Notes: generated by a model not told the origin, from the sequence alone. A stretch of DNA of 64,000 nucleotides from an uncultured delta proteobacterium (GCA_963841435.1 CAWJCS010000002.1:224001-288000), one strand, 5' to 3'. Shown: positions 21,163 through 32,107, counted from the first letter of the stretch. Numbers and translations: made by a program.

Positions 21163-21367
21163 CTCCTGATTTGAGCACGGCTCCGCGCCGTGTGCCGCCG
21201 TTTCTTCTTTTCTGTTCTTCGGGCGTCTTCTTCGGGCTTTCGGGCTTCGGGTTCGCGGGATCGTTCGGATATTTGCAGCCGCAAAGGATCCGCTGCGCCG
21301 AATCACGGCTAACTTCTCACATCCGCTCGCCCGTACCAGGCTCGCTCGGTCCCGGGGTCGCAGAATG

Positions 21368-21394
21368 GTGATCCCTCGGGCGCCCAAAGGGAAT
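21368..21394 (+). promoter_or_regulatory. Putative ECF-type promoter GTGATC-N16-GGAAT
   Basis: One mismatch to the GTGAAC-N16-GGAAT motif of the ECF locus, same spacing, 19 bp before the DUF1592 start. Confidence 0.45.
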
Positions 21395-21413
21395 CAACCC
21401 TTACGGGTTTCGC

Positions 21414-23165
21414 GTGCGGGGCTTCTGCATCGTCGGTGTCACGGTTCTTTCCGCGCTGGCGTTCGCCTGCAGCGGCTCCTCCAGAAGCGTCGTCGCGACG
21501 GGAGGTGGCCCCGGCGCCACCACCTCGGGCGGGACGGGCGGCGACGGCACCGGGGGCGATGCGAGCGGCGGCTCCAGTGGTGTGGGCGGGTCGTCTGGCA
21601 CGAGCGGCGCGACGGGTACCGGCGGCGCCGCGGGAAGTGGCACTGGCGGGACCGGTGGCGAGCACGCCGGGAGCAGCACCCTCAGCCTCGACGGCGCGCC
21701 CATCTACACGCGCGTGCAGCGGTTGACCAACTCGCAGTGGGAGCACGCCGTCACCGACATCCTGCGCTTCAGCGCACCGGCCAACCTGTCGCAAGGCTTT
21801 CTCGAGCCCGCGTCCGGCGCGGCGGATTTCAACAACAACGAGCGGCTCCTCTACGTCGATCAGCAAACGGTGCTCGAGTTCGAAGAGGGCGCGGAGGCAG
21901 CGGCGGCGATCGCGACGGGCTCGCCGGCCGCGCTCGAGGCGCTCTACTCGGGAACGGATGCGGAGGGGTTCGTCCAGAGCTTCGGGCGGCGAGCTTTCCG
22001 GCGCCCGCTCACGGCGGAGGAAGAGTCGAAGTATCAGAACGTCTTCGCGCTCGGCGAGGAGCTCTACGGTGCCGGCTTTGCGAACGGCGCGTCCCTCGTC
22101 ATCCGTGCGATGCTCGCGTCGCCGTACTTCCTCTACCGCACGGAGCTCGGCGCCTCGGGCGAGCCGCTCGACGGCTACGAGGCTGCCTCCAAGCTCTCAT
22201 TCTGGTTGCTCGGGACCACGCCGAGCGACGCGCTGCTCGACGCGGCCGCCGCCGGCGAGCTCGACGACGCCAACGGCCTCGAAGCCGTCGCGCGCGCGAT
22301 GCTCGAAGAGCCTGCTGCGATCGAGGTCATGCGAGATTTTCACGGCCAGCTCTTCCACGTCGAGCGCTACCAGGGGATCAGCAAGGCTGACGTGCCCGAG
22401 TACAGCGAAGCGCTCAACGCCGAGCTCGCCGACGCCTCCCTCTCGTTTTTCGATCGCATCTTCACGCAAGGCCTGGGTCTTGGGGAGCTCCTGACCTCGA
22501 GCGACGCCTACGTTGGGCCCGGACTCGCCCCGCTCTACGGAATCGAGCCGCCGGCGAGCGGGCTTGCGCGCGTCTCACTCGGGCCTTCTCGCATCGGCTA
22601 CTTCATGCAGGTACCGTTTTTGCTCTTGAATGGCATCGACCGCGTGCCGGACACCATTCATCGCGGGCAAGCCATCCACCAGGGTGTCCTTTGCGCTGAC
22701 CCCGGGGTCCCCGTGGCCGGTTTTCCCCCGGTCCCCCCTCCGAAGGACGGGCAGACGAATCGCGAGGTCGTGACCGAGCTCACGAGCACCTGCGGCGCGC
22801 AGTGCCACGGCGAGCTCCTGAACCCACTCGGCTTCGCCTTCGAGAATTTCGACGGTATGGGCATGGAGCGAACGCTCGACAACGGCCAGCCCGTCAACAC
22901 GACCGGACAATTCCCGTTCGACGACGGAGTGAAACCGTTCGCGGACGCGACCGAGCTCATGCAAATCCTCGCCGGCAACGCGCAAGCGCACCAGTGCTAC
23001 GCGAAGCACGTCACCGGCTACGCGCTCCAGCGCGACATCGTCGAGAGCGATCGCCCCCTGCTCGAGTCACTCGGCGCGCTGAGCCTCGGCGATTCCGTCA
23101 AGGAGCTGATCGTCTCGCTCGTGAGAGACCCCGCGTTTCGCTTGCGAAAGGAGGGTACGCCGTGA
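21414..23165 (+). CDS. DUF1592/1595/1588/1587/1585 (PSD-domain) lipoprotein
   Basis: QRLTNSQW, FGRRAFRRPLT, SPYFLYRTE, ASKLSFWL, CGAQCH..NPLGFAFENFDGMG. Confidence 0.9.
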   Translation: MRGFCIVGVTVLSALAFACSGSSRSVVATGGGPGATTSGGTGGDGTGGDASGGSSGVGGSSGTSGATGTGGAAGSGTGGTGGEHAGSSTLSLDGAPIYTRVQRLTNSQWEHAVTDILRFSAPANLSQGFLEPASGAADFNNNERLLYVDQQTVLEFEEGAEAAAAIATGSPAALEALYSGTDAEGFVQSFGRRAFRRPLTAEEESKYQNVFALGEELYGAGFANGASLVIRAMLASPYFLYRTELGASGEPLDGYEAASKLSFWLLGTTPSDALLDAAAAGELDDANGLEAVARAMLEEPAAIEVMRDFHGQLFHVERYQGISKADVPEYSEALNAELADASLSFFDRIFTQGLGLGELLTSSDAYVGPGLAPLYGIEPPASGLARVSLGPSRIGYFMQVPFLLLNGIDRVPDTIHRGQAIHQGVLCADPGVPVAGFPPVPPPKDGQTNREVVTELTSTCGAQCHGELLNPLGFAFENFDGMGMERTLDNGQPVNTTGQFPFDDGVKPFADATELMQILAGNAQAHQCYAKHVTGYALQRDIVESDRPLLESLGALSLGDSVKELIVSLVRDPAFRLRKEGTP

Positions 23166-24583
23166 CGTTCCGCGCGTTCCGACCGAAGCTTCCTCGCGTC
23201 AATCGCCGTGCGTTTTTGCGGGGTACGGCCGGAGTGAGTCTTGCCCTCCCGTTCCTCGAGGGGCTGCCGGATCGGTCCGCCTGGGCCGCTGGGCAAGAGC
23301 CCGTGTTCAGCCTGTTCATGATGGCCGCGGGTGGCGTCGTTCCCGCGAGGTTCTTTCCGAGCGAGCTCGGCGCGCTCACCACGGCCGGGCTCGCCGAAGG
23401 CGAAAAGGCGACGAGCGCGCTCGCCGCTCACGCGAAGAGCCTCTTGTTCCTGAAGAACGTCAACTGGCCCACGGGTGGTCCCAAGGGGGAGCCTCACGCC
23501 GAGGGTCCGTGCCAAGCGCTCACGGCGACGACGCCGATCGGCACCAGCAAAGACGCCGTTGCGTCGGGACCATCGGCGGACTGGGTCATCGCCAACGCCG
23601 TGCATCCCGGGATGGACCCGCTGACCTTGTACGCGGGCAACCGCAAGAACGGGTACATCGCGGAACGTTTCTCGTTCCCCGAGTCCGGCGTGGTCGCTCC
23701 GGCGGTCAACAACCCCTACCAGCTCTACCAGGAGCTCGTCGGCATCGCCTCACCTGCCGGCACCACGATGCCCGGTGGCGAGGAGGCCGCGAACCTGCTC
23801 ATCCAGAGCCGCAACAGCATCCACGATCTCGTGCGGGAGGACCTCCAGAGCCTGCTCGCCAACCCGCGGCTCAGCGCCGCCGACCGCGAGCGTTTGCAGC
23901 TCCACTTCGACGGCATCCGAGACGCCGAGGTCAAGATGGGCGGCATGGGCGACGACCTCCTGGCGCAGTGCACGCTCGACGGCATCGACACGACGAGGCT
24001 CGAAGCCCTGTCCACCTACAAGTACGTCAGCTCCGGCGCCTCGGTCGAGGGGATCGTCGAGCTCCACATGTCGCTCGTTGCGCTCGCATTTGCCTGCAAC
24101 CATCGGCGCACGGCAACGCTTCAGTGGGGCGACGGGACGGACCACACGATCTACGACGTCCCTTCGAACCAGGCCCTCGGGATGTGGCCGCTCAACTACT
24201 TGAGCCACCGCGCCCAGAGCGACGGCGCGGTCGGGGACAACCCCGTCGCCGAGGCGGCGCACGCCGAGGTCGACGCTCTGCGCATGACGACGTTCGCGAA
24301 GGGCCTCGACGCCTTCGCCGCCCGCGGTCTCGCCGACCATTCGTTCGTGATGTGGACCAATCACTACGCGGAGGGCCCCTCGCACTCCTTCCGCAACGTT
24401 CCCCACATCATCTGGGGCAACGGCGGCGGTTACCTGAAGCAGGGCGAGTACATCGACGTTGGCAGCATGTCGAACCAGCGCCTCCTGAACACGCTCATCA
24501 GCGCTGCGATCCAAGACACCGGCACCACCGTCACCGATTTCGGTGAGGGCCCCGGCGGCCTGCTCGACTCGATCCTGGCGTGA
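23162..24583 (+). CDS. DUF1552 (HXXSHH-family) Tat-exported protein
   Basis: NRRAFLRG..SLALPFLE Tat leader, LSAADRERLQLH, GYLKQGEY; GTGA overlap with the upstream gene. Confidence 0.9.
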   Translation: MTFRAFRPKLPRVNRRAFLRGTAGVSLALPFLEGLPDRSAWAAGQEPVFSLFMMAAGGVVPARFFPSELGALTTAGLAEGEKATSALAAHAKSLLFLKNVNWPTGGPKGEPHAEGPCQALTATTPIGTSKDAVASGPSADWVIANAVHPGMDPLTLYAGNRKNGYIAERFSFPESGVVAPAVNNPYQLYQELVGIASPAGTTMPGGEEAANLLIQSRNSIHDLVREDLQSLLANPRLSAADRERLQLHFDGIRDAEVKMGGMGDDLLAQCTLDGIDTTRLEALSTYKYVSSGASVEGIVELHMSLVALAFACNHRRTATLQWGDGTDHTIYDVPSNQALGMWPLNYLSHRAQSDGAVGDNPVAEAAHAEVDALRMTTFAKGLDAFAARGLADHSFVMWTNHYAEGPSHSFRNVPHIIWGNGGGYLKQGEYIDVGSMSNQRLLNTLISAAIQDTGTTVTDFGEGPGGLLDSILA

Positions 24584-24603
24584 CGCAGGCGCGCCCGGAC
24601 GCT

Positions 24604-26073
24604 TCAGTTCAGGGCGTTCTTCGGGCTCGAGCGCGGGGGAATCCGCTCCGCTCGCGGCGCTGCCGGCGAAAAGTCGATCTGCTCGAGCATCCGCAAAAGC
24701 TCGACGGCATTCGCCGGCCGATCCTCCGGACGCTTCTCCAAGCAACGGAGCACTATTTCGTCGAGCGCGGCGGGGAGCGGTCCGGGAGCGTGGAGCGACG
24801 GGGGGGACGGCTTGGCGGTCACGTGCTGGATCGCCATTTGCATCGCTGTCCCGCCCTCGAACACCAGCCTGCCCGTGAGCAGGTAGTAAGCAACGCAACC
24901 GAGGGAGTACAGGTCGGCGCGACCGTCGATCGCATGGTCGCCGCTGATGATCTCCGGCGCGAGGTACGCCGGCGTTCCGACGATGCCGTTGGCGGCGGTG
25001 ATCGCCGGGTGAGTCGGGCCCGGGGTATCGCCCTTGACCAGACCGAAATCGAGAACCTTCACGAAGTCGGGCTCGAGGCCACGTCGCGAAACGTGCAGGT
25101 TCGCCGGCTTGATGTCGCGGTGAACCAGACCGTGCTCATGGGCCTCGGCGAGCGAGTCCAGCGCTTGCTTCAAGAGGTGCACGACTCTCTCGGGTGGAAG
25201 TGGCCCGTGTCGGTGCACGAGCTCCTCGAGGTCCGAGCCTTCGAGCAACTCCATCACGTAATAGATGGTGCCGGAATCGGTCACTCCGTAGTCGTAGAGC
25301 TCCACCGTGTGCGGCGAGTTGAGACTCGCGGTGACCTGTGCTTCGCGCTCGAAGCGTTGCTCGGCGACGCTGTCGGCGGGCGTTCGGGATCGCGACGTGA
25401 CACCGGGCTCGTGGCGAATCAGCTTGACCGCCGCCGGACGCGACAGGAGCCGGTGGTGAGCGCGCCACACCTCGCCCATGCCACCCTGGGCGATGCGCGC
25501 TTCGAGCTCGTACATGCCCATGTCGCGCGCGTCGGCGACCTCTTCGCCGAGCCTCGACAGAACCTTGGCTCCCACGTGCGCGACCAGACCGGCGAGATAG
25601 CCTGGGGCGAACGCCATCGCCAAGTCCACGGCGCGGTAGCTTGCCGACGGGTCGTGCGGCGCGAAGAAGAAGAACGCGAGCGGCCCCATGCTCGCCGCGA
25701 TCCCGGCATGCACGAGCGTCATGCGAGGGCCCGAGGGGACGAGCAACGGAAAGAGCGCGATCCAGATCGCGGACCACGAGACGCCGAGACGAGGCGAGAG
25801 CACTCCCCGCACCGAGAATTCGGCTAGCGCGAGACCCATTGCCGTTAGCAGGAAATAGGACGAACCCAGACCATGCAGGCGGACCGCTGACGCGCCGCCC
25901 CTGAGCGCGTATCCCGCCATGGCGAGCGACGCCACGGCCGCGACGACTCCGACTCCACTCCCGAGGACCGAAAGCGACCCAGCGCCGAGACTCAGCCCGA
26001 GGTACGCGATCCAGAAAACGGCGGCTCCCGCCGCTCCGAAGCCGAGCCGGCGCGCCTCGGGTTCCGTCGGCAT
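24604..26073 (-). CDS. Membrane Ser/Thr protein kinase
   Basis: N-terminal TM helices; GGMGEVW, AVK, HRDIKPAN, DFG, GTPAYLAPE. Confidence 0.95.
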   Translation of the reverse strand: MPTEPEARRLGFGAAGAAVFWIAYLGLSLGAGSLSVLGSGVGVVAAVASLAMAGYALRGGASAVRLHGLGSSYFLLTAMGLALAEFSVRGVLSPRLGVSWSAIWIALFPLLVPSGPRMTLVHAGIAASMGPLAFFFFAPHDPSASYRAVDLAMAFAPGYLAGLVAHVGAKVLSRLGEEVADARDMGMYELEARIAQGGMGEVWRAHHRLLSRPAAVKLIRHEPGVTSRSRTPADSVAEQRFEREAQVTASLNSPHTVELYDYGVTDSGTIYYVMELLEGSDLEELVHRHGPLPPERVVHLLKQALDSLAEAHEHGLVHRDIKPANLHVSRRGLEPDFVKVLDFGLVKGDTPGPTHPAITAANGIVGTPAYLAPEIISGDHAIDGRADLYSLGCVAYYLLTGRLVFEGGTAMQMAIQHVTAKPSPPSLHAPGPLPAALDEIVLRCLEKRPEDRPANAVELLRMLEQIDFSPAAPRAERIPPRSSPKNALN

Positions 26074-26287
26074 CGCGGGCAGCGACAAACGCTCCCCCTC
26101 CGGCCGAGGTCGAAGCAGCCCCCGGTAGGGGCAGAAACGCGCCGGAGCGCCCGCTCGCAACGCCGTGGCCATGGGACCAACCTAGCTACGCGCGGGGGAG
26201 GTGCCAGGTTTCGCCTCCCCGGGCGCGCAGGGCGTGCCCGGGCGCAGCTCCGTCCGCTTGCCTCTGGAGTGCTATGATGGAAGTTCG

Positions 26288-27721
26288 ATGAGAGTGTTGG
26301 TGGCACTCGGAGCGGTGGTCGCCCTGTTGGCGGGTTGCGGCGAGAGCAAGCGGAGCGATGCCGGGACCGGTGGCACCGCGGCAACGGCGGCGAGCGGTGG
26401 CGCTGCCGGCTCGGGAGCGAGCGGTGGCGTCGCGGCAGGTGGCGCGGGTGGCGGGTCGGCAACGAGCGGCGGTGGAAGCGCCGGCGAGGGCGGCGGAACG
26501 AGCGGCGGTGGTGGCGGCGGCGCGAGGAGCGGCAGCGGCGGCAGCTCGGGCTCGGCGGGCACGGCGAGCGGCAGTGGCGGTGAGGGCGGCGGGGCGGGCA
26601 CATCGACCGACGGCGGGCGCTGGGTCTGGCAGAGCGACACCGCGACCCCGAACGATCTGAGTTGCGTCTGGGTCGTCGCCGCGGACGATGTCTGGGCGGT
26701 TGGCGGCAACGGAGCCATCGTCCACTTCGACGGCAGCGGGTGGTCAACGGTTCCGAGCAACACGAAGAATCACCTGTCGGGGATCTGGGGCACGAGCGCG
26801 GACGATATCTGGGCCGTGGGGGGCGGCGTCGGCGGCGAGCCGAATCTGGTTCACTGGGACGGAGCCGCTTGGTCGGTCGTCAACGCCGGGACCACCACGA
26901 ACCTGTACGCGGTCTGGGGCAGCGGTCCCGACGATGTCTTCGCCGTGGGAGCGAGCGGCATCGCAGGTGTGATCACGCACTTCGACGGCGACACGTGGGC
27001 GGTATCGTTCGACAGCGATTTCGTCGCTTTCGGCTCAGTGTCGGGCAGCGGCGCAGGAGATGTTTGGGCGACGGGCGGCACGCTCGGCCCGCATGGCCTC
27101 GGCGTGCATGCCGCCGCGCACTTCTCGTCCGGCGGCCCCTGGCTGCCGGACCCGAGCGACACGTTCCCCGAGGCGAGCCGCGGCCTCTGGAGCTTCGCCG
27201 AGGACGATGTGTGGTCGCTCGGTGACGGTGAAGCACTGCACTGGGACGGCACGGCCTGGAGCCGGAGTCCGTCGGTTCTGCTCGCGGGTATGGTCGATAT
27301 CTGGGGGAGCGACCGCGGAGAGCTCACGGCCGTCGGCCAGAACGCGACCGTCGTCGAGGGCACGTCGAGTCTTTGGGACCAGGCGCGAAGCGGCGGGGCG
27401 GCGCTTGCCTCGGTTGGCGGGATGAGCCAGGCGGTCCGGTTTGCGGTGGGCGATCGCGGCACCATCCTCCGCTTCGAGCCTGACACGACGGACGTCGCCG
27501 ACTGCGCGGCGATCGGTGGCGAGTGCGTCTCGGCCGGCACGTGCGCCGGTCACCTGAGCGACTACGCCTGCGGCGGCTCCGACGACTGCTGCGTCAGCTC
27601 GAACGCCTGCGGCGCCATGCCGCCTTGTTGCGGGCCAACCGACGCCGAGGTGCCCGCGATCTGCCACGACGGGCAGCCGTATTGCCCAACGGGCTCGTCG
27701 TCCTGTCCCATGCCGCCGTAA
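26288..27721 (+). CDS. Lipoprotein with 'WGSGPDDVWAVG' beta-propeller repeats and Cys-rich tail
   Basis: Lipobox LLAG-C; about seven 'VWxxxxDDVWAVG...HFDG..W' repeats. Confidence 0.85.
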   Translation: MRVLVALGAVVALLAGCGESKRSDAGTGGTAATAASGGAAGSGASGGVAAGGAGGGSATSGGGSAGEGGGTSGGGGGGARSGSGGSSGSAGTASGSGGEGGGAGTSTDGGRWVWQSDTATPNDLSCVWVVAADDVWAVGGNGAIVHFDGSGWSTVPSNTKNHLSGIWGTSADDIWAVGGGVGGEPNLVHWDGAAWSVVNAGTTTNLYAVWGSGPDDVFAVGASGIAGVITHFDGDTWAVSFDSDFVAFGSVSGSGAGDVWATGGTLGPHGLGVHAAAHFSSGGPWLPDPSDTFPEASRGLWSFAEDDVWSLGDGEALHWDGTAWSRSPSVLLAGMVDIWGSDRGELTAVGQNATVVEGTSSLWDQARSGGAALASVGGMSQAVRFAVGDRGTILRFEPDTTDVADCAAIGGECVSAGTCAGHLSDYACGGSDDCCVSSNACGAMPPCCGPTDAEVPAICHDGQPYCPTGSSSCPMPP

Positions 27722-27830
27722 CCCGGTTGATGCCGCACGTTTCCGGCCCCTCCGTGGAACGGCGCGCCTCGAAGGCATTCTGGCGAAGCCCAGCGGTCGC
27801 CTCGAACTCCCCTCCCGCTTCCGTGCCCCG

Positions 27831-28241
27831 CTAGGGATGCTCTCGTTGGTGGAGCTCGATCACGTTTCCGTCCGGGTCGCGCACGAAGATGCCCTGAGCT
27901 TGCGGGCCGAAGCGCACGGGGCCGCCGCTCAAGGCAATGCCTTCGGCTTCCAGCCGCGCCTGGGCTGCGAGGATGTCCGGGCAGAGCAGGGCAATGTGCG
28001 TGATGCCGGCGTGCTTGTCCGGAACGTCCATCAACACGTTGGGCTCGCGCTCGCTCGGCGCGTTGATGACGAGGTTGATCTCGACGCCCGACGGATGGTC
28101 GAGGATGGCGACCGGCTCGGGCCCGATCGGGCCTAGCGTCTTCGTGAAGCCGAGGAGCGCGTAGAAGCGCACGGATCGCTCGAGGTCGTGCACGCGGATG
28201 CCGATGTGAGCGAGCCCCGCGAGTGGGATCGGCTGGATCAT
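27831..28241 (-). CDS. VOC/glyoxalase family protein
   Basis: LAHIGIRVHDLERSVRFY, GITHIAL, FVRDPDGNVIEL. Confidence 0.9.
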   Translation of the reverse strand: MIQPIPLAGLAHIGIRVHDLERSVRFYALLGFTKTLGPIGPEPVAILDHPSGVEINLVINAPSEREPNVLMDVPDKHAGITHIALLCPDILAAQARLEAEGIALSGGPVRFGPQAQGIFVRDPDGNVIELHQREHP

Positions 28242-28270
28242 GCGCGAGAGTATAGGGGACGGCTGTTCGT

Positions 28271-28955
28271 CTACGGGGCGTCTTCGACGCGCGGAGCGCG
28301 GAACGAGCCTTTCGTCACGGGAACCGTGACCTCGGGGTCGCCGGGGATCGGCGTCAGGAGCCCGCTGAACGTGCCCTCCATGACGTCCCCCACGGTGACT
28401 GCTGCTTTGTCGATGGTGAGGGAGCACTCGTGCTCGGGCCCTGCAAGGGGATTGCTCATGAGGTAAGTCACCGGGTCCACGTCCGTCCTAGTCAACGTGA
28501 TGGTGGCCGTGCCGCACGTTTGGGCGCCCTCGCCCTCTCCGACGAGGAGCGCCCACTCGAAGGTCTCCGAGTCGGCGTTGATACCGAGGCCGCCCGGCAG
28601 CAGACCAGCGAACCATCTCGCTCGAACGTCGCCCTCCGCGCGGAAGAGCTCGCCGTCCACGAGCGCTTCCACGAAGAAGCCACGGTCCGTTCCGCCGTCG
28701 CCCGACGTTCCGGTGCCCGCGCTGCCCCCGCCTGCCTGCGCCCCCGCGCCCCCCGTCTCGAGGCCGCCCGAGCCCGCGCTTTGGCCGGCAACACCCGCCG
28801 CGCTGGCGCCCGCGCCGCCAATGCCCGCCACGCCGCCCGCGCCGAGACGTCCCGGACGTGCCATCGGCGTGCCCGCTCTCGCCGCAACCGAGAGTGGCGA
28901 ACACGCCGAGCGAGGCGAGCACCGTGCGGCGGCTTTTCCCCGAGCGCCTGCTCAC
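28271..28955 (-). CDS. Gly-linker lipoprotein of unknown function; frameshift at ~28845
   Basis: Leader '...TVLASLGVFATLG-C' in one frame; linker and beta-rich domain (GTFSG...KGSFRAP) in another. Confidence 0.65.
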
Positions 28956-29128
28956 GGCACGGCTCACTCCCGTTCGGCCCATCGAAGCTTTAGTTTAGCA
29001 TTGCGCGCCAGGTCCGGTGGGCGCCCGGACACTCCCGCGTGCGCTGCTGGGCTGGAGCGAACGTCGCAGAACGCGACCTCCAGGCAAACGTGCCCCGCTG
29101 GGAGCGTGGGAAACGGCTGCCTTTTCGA

Positions 29129-29144
29129 CGGCACGCCGTTTGCT
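29129..29144 (+). promoter_or_regulatory. Sigma-54 promoter
   Basis: CGGCACGCCGTTTGCT closely matches TGGCACG-N4-TTGCW, just upstream of a GGAGG RBS and ATG 29169. Confidence 0.65.
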
Positions 29145-29168
29145 CACATAGGGGCCTGGAGGCAACCG

Positions 29169-29639
29169 ATGGATACCCTGGACGACATCGATCTAATCGA
29201 AGACCCACCGCCGAACGCGCCACGAGCGCTTCGTGAGCTCGGCGCGCTCTACAGTCTAGAGCTCGGCAACGTGCAGGCGTACGGCAGGGCACTGTGCTCC
29301 TCCGTCGTCGGCGCCTACGGAGACACGCTCACGACACTGCAGAGAGCGCACGAAGAGCGTGCGGTCCAGCTCGGCGACCAGATCACCGAGCTCGGAGGTA
29401 CGCGCCCGGACTCCCTGAGAATCACTGATTCACTGCACGTGCTGTTCGCGGACGCCGCTGCGTCCTTGAGCTCGACGAGCGCGCTCGCCGCGCTCGAGCG
29501 GTGCGAGGACCACGGTGTCGCGGCATACGAGAAGGCGATGCGAAAGCTCCTCGGCGACCCGCACCGCGTCGTGGCAGAGCTCTACCCGCGCCAACAGGAC
29601 GCGCACCAGGTGATCCGCACGCTCAAGCAGGCGAGCTAG
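29169..29639 (+). CDS. DUF2383/ferritin-like four-helix protein
   Basis: HEERAVQL...LGG, ALAALERCEDHGVAAYEKA, QQDAH. Confidence 0.7.
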   Translation: MDTLDDIDLIEDPPPNAPRALRELGALYSLELGNVQAYGRALCSSVVGAYGDTLTTLQRAHEERAVQLGDQITELGGTRPDSLRITDSLHVLFADAAASLSSTSALAALERCEDHGVAAYEKAMRKLLGDPHRVVAELYPRQQDAHQVIRTLKQAS

Positions 29640-29774
29640 TGCACCGCCACTCCGAACGTCGCTCTCGGTTTGCGCTGCACTGGCCCGCGCTCGGTCACGG
29701 CCTCCCCGCAAGCTCGCCGCGACGCCCCTCGAGCTGCCCGCGGCCGACGTTCGCCGTGCGGGCAGCTCGGGCGG

Positions 29775-30560
29775 CTACGGCTGGCACTCGATGCTGTACG
29801 TGTGCGTGTGGCCGTTCGTCTGCGAGCTCGTCTTGTTCATCTGCAGCGCCCCGCCGTTTCGCAGCGTCGTGAGCTGGTTCGCCGTGAACGTCAGCGTGTG
29901 CGTGTGCGCATTGTTTCCGTCCGACGGCATCGTGAAGGTGAGCGGCGCGCCGGTGTTGATCATGTTGAGCAGGGTCGTGCGGTTCGCACCGGCCACGGGC
30001 AGGTGATCGTGATTCTGCGCGGCCGTCGTCGAGACCTGCGTCAACGAGAGGTCAGCGCTGATGCACGCCGCCGCGGGAGCGCCGGCTTGGCCGCCTTCGC
30101 TCGGGACGCCGCCCTCGGCTGCCGTGCCGCCACCGCCGCCACTGCCGCCGCCCGTCCCGCCTGCGGCCACCATGCCGCCTTCGCCGCCCATGGCGACGCC
30201 GGCTTCGCCGCCTTCGCCACCCATGCCGCCTTCGACCGTGGTGCCACCGCCGCCCGCGGTGCCGCCCGCGCTGGTTCCGGCGGTGCCTCCGGTCGTCGTT
30301 CCCGCGTTCCCGGCCAAGCCCGCCGTTCCGCCCGTGCCAGCCGAAGTGCCGGCCGTGCCAGCCGAAGTGCCGGCCGTGCCAGCCGAAGCGCCGGCCGTGC
30401 CAGCCGTTCCAGCCGAAGTGCCGGCCGTGCCGCCTTTGGCTCCCGAGCCCGCCTGGCCCTTGTCGTCACTGCCGCAGCCTGGAAGCCACGAGCCGGCAAC
30501 GAACAGCGTGAGAACGATCGCACCGACGCTTCTCTGACGGACCTGAGAAAAATGGGACAT
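29775..30560 (-). CDS. Gly-linker lipoprotein with small His-rich (3x HxH) domain
   Basis: Lipobox WLPG-C; NHDH, AHTH, GHTH; 21-bp tandem repeats (GTAGTSA) near 30332-30430. Confidence 0.8.
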   Translation of the reverse strand: MSHFSQVRQRSVGAIVLTLFVAGSWLPGCGSDDKGQAGSGAKGGTAGTSAGTAGTAGASAGTAGTSAGTAGTSAGTGGTAGLAGNAGTTTGGTAGTSAGGTAGGGGTTVEGGMGGEGGEAGVAMGGEGGMVAAGGTGGGSGGGGGTAAEGGVPSEGGQAGAPAAACISADLSLTQVSTTAAQNHDHLPVAGANRTTLLNMINTGAPLTFTMPSDGNNAHTHTLTFTANQLTTLRNGGALQMNKTSSQTNGHTHTYSIECQP

Positions 30561-30957
30561 GGGATCTCTACTCCTCCCCCGCGAGGGGCCCGGACGCTAC
30601 CACAGCTCTTTCCGCGCCTGTGCATCCAAACTCCATGGCGCCGGGGGGAGTTCGTCGGATCGAGTCGCGGGGTGAAGCCCGCATCACACGCGGAGTGTGT
30701 GTGTCCGGAACGCCACGACGCCGTCCGTCGTTTCCGATCGGGCCGCACCTTTGCGCTCGTCCCGCACCGGACGAGGAAAAATCTGATCTTCGGCCTCCGC
30801 GTCATGTCACTGGTGCGCGCCGTAGGGCACACCTCTCTCGGCATCGCACGCGCGGTGCGTCCCTCGCGATGGGCCAAAATGATCCATCGGCACGTGCCCG
30901 CGGGCCCGTTCGCTCGGCACGCCGCGCGCTCCACGGGATCCCGAGGGGGCCCGCCTG

Positions 30958-32107
30958 TCAGTTGCACGCTGCCGTGTCGTCGTTGCGCGTGCAGGGTGCG
31001 CACGCGCCGAGCCGAGCGTCGATGGCGTCGAGCTCACACTGAGGCAGCTTCGGGTTGTCGGCCACCGTCATGTGGTCGACGTCGGTCAAGGAGGAGAGCA
31101 TGCCGATCGAGGTGAGCTCGTCATTGGCCGTGATGGTGAGTGCAGAAACCACCTTCAGGGCTTCTAGGTTCACCGTTTTCATCACCGCCTGCCCCACGAT
31201 CAACATGTCCATCTGGCAGCGCGACAGCGCCGGAAAGTTGACCGACGCAACCGAGAGGTTCCCGGTGATTCCCGCCTGACCGAGAATGGAAACGAGACCG
31301 GGCAGCGTGATCGAGGCCAGCGCGTCGTTGCCGGAGATCAGGAAATTGTTGCTGAGCTCCTGTAGATTCTCGAGCCCTGCCAGGCTGGTCAGCCCTGGAT
31401 TCGAGGCGAGCGTCAGACCCGTGCGGCCCGTCATGCTGCCGAGCCCTTCGAGGCTCTCGAGGCTCTCGTTGTTCGTGATGAAGAGGCCACCCGTTCCGAA
31501 CTCCGCATTGCCGAGCTCGGCGAAGTTTCGGAGCGAGTTGCACTCGGTCACGTCGATGTCGCCTTCGAGCCGCGTGAGAGCTTCGAGGCCTGCCAGGGAC
31601 TCGAGCCCGGAGGGCCCCTTCAGGTTCAGGCCGCCGCCGAGGTAGCTCAGCGAGTCGAGGCCGGTGAAGTCATGCAGCGCCTCTGTATCGTCGGCCGTCA
31701 GCGTGCCTTCGATGATGCGGATTTTTTCGAGGCCGACGAGGCTCGTCAGGGCCGGGCCCGTCAGCAACAGGCTCCCCTTGATGACCTCGCAGTCGAGCGT
31801 GAAGAGCTCGTAAACGTCGGCTGGAGTTTGAAGCACCAGGGGAGGAAAGGAGCAGACTTTCAGGCAGCGGCTCGGCTCGACTGCGGGATAACAAGCTTCA
31901 TCTTCCGCGCACGCCGCCGGATGCACCACCCATCCCGCCGGTGGCGCCAGCTCCGGAGCCACCGCCCGTGCCGCCTACGCGCGAGCCGCCAGCGCCCGCC
32001 GAGCCGGCGGGGGGGCTCACCGCTTCCGTTCGCGATGACTCGCCACCGCAGCCCACCGTCCCGAGCGAAACGGCGACCAGCAATCCCACCAAGACTTTAC
32101 CCGTCAT
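30958..32107 (-). CDS. Receptor-L-domain/LRR lipoprotein; frameshift at ~31915
   Basis: Leader MTGKVLVGLLVAVSLGTVG-C; repeated LxSLxGLExL..I.G.L.I..N. Confidence 0.8.

Noticed and set aside
21200..21260. Pyrimidine-rich tract with several TTCGGG units
   Set aside because: Irregular spacing and no assignable function.
30332..30430. 21-bp tandem repeat
   Set aside because: Coding linker repeat with no spacers.
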